From contig DAONFG010000007.1 in NCBI GenBank assembly GCA_035403465.1, positions 24,694 through 88,693 on the forward strand: 64,000 nucleotides of DNA, read 5' to 3'. Source of the DNA: Spirochaetota bacterium (GTDB taxonomy: Bacteria > Spirochaetota > UBA4802 > UBA5550). The notes under the pieces are model-generated. The model was given only the letters and a program-made list of their open reading frames with translations, made no database searches and was not told the DNA's origin. How positions within the stretch are numbered: the stretch's first letter is position 1; the number at the start of each line of letters is the position of its first letter. Shown one piece after another: positions 27,939 to 35,124 of the stretch. A program made the translations under genes and the position numbers.

Positions 27939-28757
27939 TTACTCACTTATGAAATCACCAATTATCGATTCTGAATATCCCTTGACTGTTTCTGAGTATC
28001 CTTTTCCCTTTGCAGCAAGAGTATTGTATATTTTTTGTATTTCAAATTTTATTGCGTATTCCTTGTCCTCTATTCTGTTTGCTTCTTTTAATACTTTTTT
28101 TGGAAGCCGTTTTAGCTCTTCGGCCAACCTTAGATTTTCATTAGCCAGCTCATTCGCTCTTGCAGATTGTTTGTTCATTTCGTAAATATCATTATACGAA
28201 GGACCGCCGGGACTATTTAATACCTCTTTTCCTATTCTAAGGGCTTCATCTGTAACCTTATGAAATTCTTTTTCATTTGAGTCCATTTTATTCAAAATCT
28301 CATAGTACCTGTTTCCCGCCTTTTCTTTCTGAAGATTAAGATATTCGGTTATTTTAATATCTGTCTTTTTGAAAAGAATTATTTCTTTATTTTCATTATC
28401 CTGGATGGTCTTGAACCAGTCATATTTTCTGATTGAACAGAAGAGCCGCCCGGCTGCTTCATATTCTTTCCTGCTGACATATTCCATTGCGTTTTCATTC
28501 ACACTTTTTTCATACATCGCAGTATCGCTGAGCTCTTTATAATACCCGGCAGCCTTGCTATAATTTTTTAGTTTGTAAAAGCAGGTATCAGCCGCGGTCC
28601 GCAGACACTTAGTACGTTTTTCATCTTTACACTCAGAGCAGTATTTGTCTGCGCTTGCAAAATCACCCTCTACAATATATGATTCAACTGAACTGCATGA
28701 CATACAGAATAAACTCAAAACAATTGAAAATGTGAAATGGACTATTTTATTATACAT
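27939..28757 (-). CDS. Hypothetical lipoprotein, helical/TPR-like (272 aa)
   Basis: Signal peptide with lipobox VLSLFCMSC|SS. The rest is helical and Lys/Glu-rich, with no catalytic motif. Confidence 0.6.
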   Translation of the reverse strand: MYNKIVHFTFSIVLSLFCMSCSSVESYIVEGDFASADKYCSECKDEKRTKCLRTAADTCFYKLKNYSKAAGYYKELSDTAMYEKSVNENAMEYVSRKEYEAAGRLFCSIRKYDWFKTIQDNENKEIILFKKTDIKITEYLNLQKEKAGNRYYEILNKMDSNEKEFHKVTDEALRIGKEVLNSPGGPSYNDIYEMNKQSARANELANENLRLAEELKRLPKKVLKEANRIEDKEYAIKFEIQKIYNTLAAKGKGYSETVKGYSESIIGDFISE

Positions 28758-28854
28758 GTTCCCCCCATTGTATATCTATGAAATACCATTAAAACTGTTT
28801 CTCAGTAATACAATACCACGCTACTAAAGACATATCGTTTAAAGAATACTAACA

Positions 28855-29346
28855 CTATTTTGATATCAGAAGTGTCATTTCCTTTCCCGATTTTGAAGAA
28901 AAGTGAAACTTAACACCACCAGCCTCATCTTCTGCTGAATCACTAAGTAGTACACCAAGAACCCACATTCCCATATATTCTGATGAACCCTTATATGGGA
29001 TAGATGCAATCCATGGAAAAAATTTCATTGCGGCTAATTGACCATTATCGGTTTTATTGATTTGGATCGCTTTTATTGATGTAATAATAACCGGGATAGT
29101 ACCGCTTTGAGCCAGTTTGCCATTTTCATCCAGACCGTTTACAAGTACTTTTGCATGAAAGTCTTTATTTTCTAAATCATAACAAAGTGCTGCCTGTTCT
29201 TTTGAATTATGCGTGAGAATGAATCCTGATTTTTTTAATCCTGGTTCAAACATTTCAACTTTTAATCCCGGTATCCCTTTTGAACAACCCGATAAAAATC
29301 CAAGGGACAAATTAATAAATAATATCATATAAACTATTTTTTTCAT
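28855..29346 (-). CDS. Hypothetical lipoprotein (163 aa)
   Basis: ATG at 29346 is preceded by GAGGAA. MKKIVYMILFINLSLGFLSGC|SKG carries a lipobox. The track ORF extends 12 codons further upstream. Confidence 0.6.
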   Translation of the reverse strand: MKKIVYMILFINLSLGFLSGCSKGIPGLKVEMFEPGLKKSGFILTHNSKEQAALCYDLENKDFHAKVLVNGLDENGKLAQSGTIPVIITSIKAIQINKTDNGQLAAMKFFPWIASIPYKGSSEYMGMWVLGVLLSDSAEDEAGGVKFHFSSKSGKEMTLLISK

Positions 29347-29757
29347 AAAATTCCTCTTCTCATGTTTTACATATGCTATCACGGATTACAAAATGATAAC
29401 TTTCACCACTGAAACAATGGTAAAATACTGTGCGCTTCTTCTTTAATAATATGAAATAATATTTCTGCTTATTTCATGATTTTACGATTTAATGCTCAAT
29501 ACCGTGAAATCATGAAATAGGATTTTATGTCTATCTGATTCCAAGTAAATAGTATTTATAAGTCCGTTTTACAATATTTCCAGCAACACTAATCAAATTT
29601 GATATAAAATATATAATCCTTACTTAACTCCGCCTGAACACATTATCCGGCACACACCCCTTACCATATATCCATGCTCTGCTTCGACGCCGCTCACAGG
29701 CAGCGTCAAAGCATCCGCACAGTATCGGACAAGCGAAATCTGTCCGGCACTATCGCA

Positions 29758-30360
29758 TTACAGTCCTATAATTGTCTTGATCCCGAAACCAAGAACAACG
29801 AGCACCCCGAGTTTTTCGTATGTTTCACCAAAAAGAAGAATTCCCAGTGAACCAAGCAGCAGTATAAGGCTGCCTATGTACCTGAGTATTGTGGCTGTCA
29901 CAAAATCATTTATAGCGAGTTGTGTTACCTCTATGTCTTTGGTAAGCTTCTCGTTAAACTTTTTAGTTGCCTGTGCGTTGCGCTGTTTTTCCAGGTCAAG
30001 AGTCTTCTGTTTTCTCTGGTATTCCTTATACGTTTTGTCATAAGCCTTTTTTTCTTCATCATACTTTGCTTTCAGGTCTTTAACTTTAGCGTCAAAATCA
30101 GTCTTTGCCTCTTCGTAAGCGTCCTTCTCCTCCTGTGACGCATCGCTTTCAGGAACCGACGGAGCCAGCAGATAATCACCTTCATTGATCGGCGCGTCAG
30201 GTGCGGCGATCGTGTATTTCTCCTTCAGCTCGAACTGCATCTTTTTCTCGCTGCTCTTAAGCATTGAGAGCGATGCCACCTTGTAGGTATCAAGAAAGAC
30301 CGCTGTACAGACCATTATAAAACCGGTAATAAAAAGACCCTTGAATATTTTTTGAACCAC
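29758..30360 (-). CDS. Hypothetical membrane protein: N-terminal TM anchor, Lys/Glu coiled coil, two C-terminal TM helices (200 aa)
   Basis: TM1 GLFITGFIMVCTAVFL, a coiled-coil run (EEKDAYEEAKTDFDAKVKDLKAKYDEEKKAYDKTYKEYQRKQK), then IGSLILLLGSLGILLF and LGVLVVLGFGIKTIIGL. Confidence 0.55.
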   Translation of the reverse strand: MVQKIFKGLFITGFIMVCTAVFLDTYKVASLSMLKSSEKKMQFELKEKYTIAAPDAPINEGDYLLAPSVPESDASQEEKDAYEEAKTDFDAKVKDLKAKYDEEKKAYDKTYKEYQRKQKTLDLEKQRNAQATKKFNEKLTKDIEVTQLAINDFVTATILRYIGSLILLLGSLGILLFGETYEKLGVLVVLGFGIKTIIGL

Positions 30361-30391
30361 AATAAACCTCCTTTATTTTAATATTTATTTT

Positions 30392-31189
30392 TTATTGAAA
30401 AAGCCCTTTAACATTCCCCTTCATGGTGCGCGTGGTAGTATCCCCGCCTGAGCTGCCGGAACTATCCGATCCGCCTCCGCCCCCGGATCCGTTTAAAAGG
30501 TTTTGAAGCACATAGTAGTAACGCTCATCCATCTTTATAGCGGTTAGAACATCTTTCTTCCCCTGCTCCTCATTCCTGTTAATGAGGTTCAGTATGCCGC
30601 GTACAAAATATGACTCTGCGTCATGCCGGCTTTTGACCGAGACATCAGCCCAGTAAAGGGCTTTAACATAATCACGGCGGGAAATATAAGCGTATGACTT
30701 CTCAAGAGGAGTTCCGGCAGGAACATCCTCCTCAACCACCTCGTATTCATATTCAAAAGACGCAAGCGCCTCAACTTTTTCAGGGAGGGAGCTTCCCGGC
30801 CTGATCGCTTTTTTTATCTGCCACTCCTCGGGCGTATAAATATTCTCAATTACCCAGCGGCCCTCGTCCCTGACCATCTTCCAGTATTCCCTCTGCACGC
30901 GTATGCCGGAATCGACTGAACGTTTCTTAACCTCGACTTCAGCGTATGACACGTTGTTATCCACAGTGGCCGTCTCAATTACCGTGAAGTCGTACAGCAC
31001 CTCACCGGCAGCTTTTTTACCCGTGTTGGAAAGCTTACCGTAACCCATTATCTCCAGGGCCGTTATGTGCAGCATTTTACGTGAAGCGTAGAAGTTCTCA
31101 ATAAGTTCGTCCGGCGGGTAATTCACGGCAAATGCCGCGGCAGGCGACAGCAGGATTAAAGATAGACAGGTATATAAAATCCGTCTCAT
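30392..31189 (-). CDS. Hypothetical secreted protein: NTF2-like N-domain, helical region, Gly/Ser-rich tail (265 aa)
   Basis: Signal peptide MRRILYTCLSLILLSPAAAFA|VN. YAEVEVKKR...REYWKMVRDEGRWVIENIY resembles NTF2/SnoaL-like lipoprotein domains. C-terminal GSGGGGGSDSSGSSGG. Confidence 0.55.
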   Translation of the reverse strand: MRRILYTCLSLILLSPAAAFAVNYPPDELIENFYASRKMLHITALEIMGYGKLSNTGKKAAGEVLYDFTVIETATVDNNVSYAEVEVKKRSVDSGIRVQREYWKMVRDEGRWVIENIYTPEEWQIKKAIRPGSSLPEKVEALASFEYEYEVVEEDVPAGTPLEKSYAYISRRDYVKALYWADVSVKSRHDAESYFVRGILNLINRNEEQGKKDVLTAIKMDERYYYVLQNLLNGSGGGGGSDSSGSSGGDTTTRTMKGNVKGLFQ

Positions 31190-31324
31190 GATTTACCGTC
31201 CATATTATTTTAATGTTTATTATAATTGATGCGGTTAACCGGAAACCGCTCCAGAGAAATATATTGTATTTTATAGAAGGATACTAAAAAAGCAAGTCAT
31301 TCACTTACATGCCAGAAAATAACC

Positions 31325-31368
31325 ATAAAAAAGGATGGACATCCGTGATATTCCCGGAATGTCCATAT
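31325..31368 (-). terminator. Rho-independent terminator (copy B of the repeated terminator element), downstream of the MORN remnant
   Basis: Minus strand ATGGACATTCCGGGAATATCACGGATGTCCAT followed by CCTTTTTTAT. Near-identical to the terminator at 24486-24530. Confidence 0.7.
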
Positions 31369-31480
31369 TCAGAACTGAATCTCATTCGTATCTTTTGACA
31401 GTTCAGGCAATATACTGACCCATGCATGGCTTTAAGTTATAATCCAGTCGGCGGTAAAAAGGAGAATGGATAGATATGTT

Positions 31481-31681
31481 TCAGTTGCCTGAAAAATTAT
31501 TATTTTCCCATCGTCCTTCCCTGACTTTTATCCCGGCAGAATCATACTGTATCCCGAAACCGCACATAGCATCATCCTTAAATTACCCTACAAATTTTGA
31601 TTCGTCAGACCATGAAAACGTGCCCTTGCCACTTTTTTTATCCTCGACCCATTCGCCGGTATACTTTGATCCTCCATGCAT
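31481..31681 (-). pseudogene. MORN-repeat protein remnant with an in-frame TAA
   Basis: Manual translation gives MHGGSKYTGEWVEDKKSGKGTFSWSDESKFVG*FKDDAMCGFGIQYDSAGIKVREGRWENNNFSGN*. This is two to three MORN units (YxGEWxxDKxxGxG) with an internal stop at 31583-31585. At only 66 codons it is far shorter than functional MORN proteins. Confidence 0.65.
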
Positions 31682-31731
31682 GTGCAGTTTTCAAAATCAT
31701 CTGAGTTAGCTTCATAAATTCTTTTCTTCTT

Positions 31732-31830
31732 GAAGAACGCCTGCAGGAACAGATCAGGTCGGCCTCATCTAACGGCGTCAGGAGCACCCCGACACTGTTC
31801 ATAAACGGAAAGATATTAATAAAACAATTG
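31732..31830 (+). pseudogene. DsbA/thioredoxin-family C-terminal fragment (remnant)
   Basis: The frame upstream of track ORF 31828 reads EERLQEQIRSASSNGVRSTPTLFINGKILIKQ. GV(x)(G/S)TPTxFINGK is the classic DsbA-family C-terminal motif. There is no N-terminal CxxC part, and a stop lies at 31702. Confidence 0.45.
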
Positions 31831-31944
31831 ACGGATTATCTCAAAAATACTTTGTTAAATATTGAGAAGAGGTATTGGAATTATCTTTTTTTATGCAGCA
31901 TAAACAAACTCCACAAAACCAGATCTCACAATAAAAGGAAAACC

Positions 31945-32094
31945 ATGAATATATTCTATGCAATTTCAATACTCATCGTTTTAGTTAGTGTAATCTTTGT
32001 CATTAGATACTTTAGATCAGATATAAATCCTGATAATGAAATCAAAAAAAATAACTCGAACCGAATGTTGTCACAATACAAAAGTAAAAGATGA
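31945..32094 (+). CDS. Small hydrophobic peptide, 49 aa (single TM plus basic tail); candidate small membrane protein or type I toxin-like
   Basis: ATG at 31945 is preceded by AAAGGAAAA. MNIFYAISILIVLVSVIFVIRYFRSDINPDNEIKKNNSNRMLSQYKSKR. It lies inside a decayed region, so expression is uncertain. Confidence 0.3.
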   Translation: MNIFYAISILIVLVSVIFVIRYFRSDINPDNEIKKNNSNRMLSQYKSKR

Positions 32095-32331
32095 ATTTTC
32101 TCTATTATTCATTATCACTCTTTCCAGATTGTTGGGGAACAGTTTCATTATTATTATTTGTTTATTAACAAAAGTTGTTCCCATACACAGGGATCCCCTG
32201 CGGAAGCATTCAAGGGGTTGATCATAGGGTACCCGCTTTTAAAAAATAGTTTATATTTACGGCTCTTCCGGCTATCGTGTGGAAACTGGCATAACATCAA
32301 GACTGATCTGATCAAATAAGCACTTGGAAAC

Positions 32332-32421
32332 ATGATCCGGAAAGAGAAGATCAAGGATTTAAAAAAGTACTATGGCAAAATTGAGTTGGATATTGATCTT
32401 AATAAAATGAGGATAGGATGA
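32332..32421 (+). pseudogene. Antitoxin remnant (29 aa) overlapping the vapC remnant by ATGA
   Basis: MIRKEKIKDLKKYYGKIELDIDLNKMRIG*. The stop overlaps the downstream ATG (ggATGA), a typical toxin-antitoxin arrangement. It is too short for a complete antitoxin. Confidence 0.4.
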
Positions 32422-32594
32422 GCCTTGTGCTGGTTGATTCCTCAGCATGGATTGACTATTTCAGGGGCAGAAACAGTATTGATATACTCCATTTAATAAT
32501 TATGCAGAATGCGTTACAAAATGATTTAGCCGTTTACTCTACTGACAGGCATTTTACCCGGCTTAAACAATTTCACAAGTTCAGGATGTTTTAA
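32418..32594 (+). pseudogene. vapC: PIN-domain toxin VapC with internal deletion (58 aa versus ~130 expected)
   Basis: MSLVLVDSSAWIDYFRGRNS (canonical VapC N-terminus with the first acidic residue) is joined directly to ...QNDLAVYSTDRHFTRLKQF (canonical C-terminal DxxF region). The middle ~70 aa are missing. Confidence 0.65.
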
Positions 32595-32876
32595 CACACC
32601 TGACATTATCTTTACAGGAAACTCCTCGTGTTAAAATACTTTAAATAACCTGCGCCGCCCCCGGTTCACTCGACATACTGGTACTTACCTGTGCTGTGGT
32701 TCGACGGGCTCACCAACCGGGGCACAGACCTTGCCGAAGCATCGGAAGCATAAACCAGTTAGATAGTGCGGCGAGCTGTTTTATACCGTTTTCAGCATTA
32801 TAACCCGTTTAAAAAATTGATCCATGCGACATAAATTGAATTGACATTTTACCGCATTAACAGTTCAGAATTAATC

Positions 32877-33830
32877 ATGAACTCACTAAATAGAAAAGAC
32901 CTTCTCGATATGGAATCTCTTTCAAAAGAGGAGATTCTGCTGATTTGCGATACCGCAAAATACTTCAAGGATGTGTTCACAAGGGATATAAAGTCTGTTC
33001 CAGTACTCAGGGGCAAGACAGTATGCACCCTGTTTTACGAACCATCCACAAGGACCAGGCTCAGTTTTGAGCTGGCAGCCAAAATGCTTTCTGCCAACAC
33101 CATAAACGTTCCGGTTACCACATCAAGCGTGGTCAAGGGTGAATCGCTTATTGACACTGTCCGGACTTTAGAGGCGATGAAAGCCGATTATATTGTAATG
33201 CGACATGCGGCCTCTTTAGCGCCGCATTTTTTATCTAAAAATATAAAGGCCTCAGTCATAAACGGCGGTGACGGTTTCCACGCCCATCCAACGCAGGCGC
33301 TGCTCGACACATACTCGATTATCGAAAGGCGCGGCAGCCTTGAAGGGCTCCACATAGGAATCATAGGTGACATTAAACATTCACGTGTAGCCAGGTGCGA
33401 TGTACAGGCCTTTACAAAACTCGGTGCCAAAGTTACACTCTGCGGTCCGTCAACCCTGCTCCCCGATGAATTCAGGCAGTACGGTGCGGACATAACATAT
33501 GACCTTGATGAACTCCTCCCCAAACTTGACGTTGTGAATATGCTCCGCATACAGCGTGAAAGGCAGAAGGGATCACTCTTCCCATCTATCAGGGAATACA
33601 ACCTCCTCTACGCCCTTACCGAGGAGCGTTTCAAAAAATGCAAACCAGACATTATTGTTATGCACCCGGGACCGATGAACCGCGGAATAGAACTTGATGA
33701 CGTTGTCGCGGACTGCCCCAACTCCATCATAAACGAACAGGTGACAAACGGGGTTGCAGTGAGAATGGCTATCTTCTACCTGCTTGCGGGCGGAAAGCCG
33801 TTATCGGAAGAAGAAACTGAAGGAAACTGA
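32877..33830 (+). CDS. pyrB: Aspartate carbamoyltransferase catalytic subunit
   Basis: FYEPSTRTRLSFELAAKML, HPTQALLD and HPGPMNRG motifs. ATG at 32877; the track start at 32841 is a TTG lying in a TTGACA promoter-like hexamer. Confidence 0.95.
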   Translation: MNSLNRKDLLDMESLSKEEILLICDTAKYFKDVFTRDIKSVPVLRGKTVCTLFYEPSTRTRLSFELAAKMLSANTINVPVTTSSVVKGESLIDTVRTLEAMKADYIVMRHAASLAPHFLSKNIKASVINGGDGFHAHPTQALLDTYSIIERRGSLEGLHIGIIGDIKHSRVARCDVQAFTKLGAKVTLCGPSTLLPDEFRQYGADITYDLDELLPKLDVVNMLRIQRERQKGSLFPSIREYNLLYALTEERFKKCKPDIIVMHPGPMNRGIELDDVVADCPNSIINEQVTNGVAVRMAIFYLLAGGKPLSEEETEGN

Positions 33831-33834
33831 AAAC

Positions 33835-35124
33835 ATGGGAATAGTGATAAAAAACGGAAGGGTTATTGACCCGGCAAGCGGAACAGACGACAGCCTTGAC
33901 ATTGTGATCAGCGATGACCGCATAACAGATATAGGACGGAATTTAAAACCGGCTGCCGGGGATAAGGTAATCGACGCAAAGGGATGCCTTGTCCTTCCGG
34001 GGCTTGTAGACATGCATGTGCACTTCCGCGAGCCCGGACGTGAGGACGTGGAGACAATAATCGGCGGATCAAAGGTTGCGGCCAGAAGCGGGTTCACATC
34101 TGTCGTGACCATGCCCAACACACAGCCTGTTATCGACAACCAGGCGCTTGTACGTTTCATAATCATGGAGGCTGCAAAAGGCCCAATAAATGTATTTCCT
34201 GCTGCAAACGTGACCAAGGGGAGCAAGGGTGAAGAGATTTCCGAGATGGGCGAACTTGTCAGGGGAGGAGCAGTAGCTTTTACCGATGACGGCAGGCCTG
34301 TAATGAGTTCGGTTACAATGCGCCGGGCCCTGGAATATTCACGTATGTTCAATGTTCCGATCCTTACGCATTCCGAAGACAAGCTCCTCGTGGATGAAGG
34401 GCTCATGAACGAGGGGCTCAACTCAGTACGCCTTGGGCTTAGAGGAATCCCGAACGAAGCTGAAGAGGTGATGATTGCGCGCGACATCCTGCTTACCAGG
34501 CTGACCAGGGGAAGAATGCACGTATGCCATGTGTCATCAGCAGGTTCAGTTGAGCTTGTAAAACGCGGCAAGGATGACGGAATCAGCGTTACATGCGAAA
34601 CTGCGCCGCACTACTTCGCGCTGACCGATGATGCAGTTGAACACTTCCTCTCAATGGCAAAGATGAACCCGCCGCTGCGGACAGAAAAAGACAGGAAGGG
34701 AATCATCGAAGGTCTGCGCAGCGGCACCATTGATGTAATTGCCACGGACCATGCACCGCACGCCCTCTTTGAAAAAATGCAGGAGATGGAATATGCCCCA
34801 TTCGGTATTGTTGGGCTCGAAACTGCTGTTCCGCTTATCATAACGGAACTTGTACGCAACAACAACTTCTCGTATATGCAGGCCTTTGACAAGGTCACAT
34901 GCAACCCGGCGCGTATTCTTAAACTTGACAGGGGCGAACTGAAGAAGGGCGGATACGCCGACGTTACAGTGGTCAACCCTGACCTGAAGATCACGATAGA
35001 TGATTCATTCCTTATATCGCGCTGTAAAAACACGCCGTTTATCGGAAAAGAAATGTACGGCAGCGTGGAACACACAATCTGCAACGGAAGACTCGTTTAT
35101 TCCAGGGGACAGCAAGTATCCTGA
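33835..35124 (+). CDS. pyrC: Dihydroorotase (multifunctional-complex type)
   Basis: PGLVDMHVHFREPG, the MNPPLR region and DHAPH motifs. ATG at 33835, 5 nt after the pyrB stop. Confidence 0.93.
   Translation: MGIVIKNGRVIDPASGTDDSLDIVISDDRITDIGRNLKPAAGDKVIDAKGCLVLPGLVDMHVHFREPGREDVETIIGGSKVAARSGFTSVVTMPNTQPVIDNQALVRFIIMEAAKGPINVFPAANVTKGSKGEEISEMGELVRGGAVAFTDDGRPVMSSVTMRRALEYSRMFNVPILTHSEDKLLVDEGLMNEGLNSVRLGLRGIPNEAEEVMIARDILLTRLTRGRMHVCHVSSAGSVELVKRGKDDGISVTCETAPHYFALTDDAVEHFLSMAKMNPPLRTEKDRKGIIEGLRSGTIDVIATDHAPHALFEKMQEMEYAPFGIVGLETAVPLIITELVRNNNFSYMQAFDKVTCNPARILKLDRGELKKGGYADVTVVNPDLKITIDDSFLISRCKNTPFIGKEMYGSVEHTICNGRLVYSRGQQVS

Noticed and set aside
32690-32720. ggttcgacgggctcacc, which at first glance resembles a tRNA T-arm (GGTTCGA)
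   Set aside because: No acceptor stem, D-arm or anticodon arm can be drawn around it. It belongs to a repeat type also seen near 29690.
32600-32876. PyrR-type attenuator or leader upstream of pyrB
   Set aside because: There is no UCCAGAGAGG binding loop and no terminator/antiterminator pair. The GC-rich part (32650-32740) matches the stereotyped FDGLT-type intergenic repeat instead.
33801-34571. Long antisense ORFs opposite real genes (256 aa here; also 19427-20074, 25645-26319, 60406-61095, 61252-61791, 7938-8552, 55915-56367)
   Set aside because: Ser/Arg/Leu-rich, low-complexity shadow frames lying entirely inside well-supported genes on the other strand. They have no ribosome-binding sites and no motifs.
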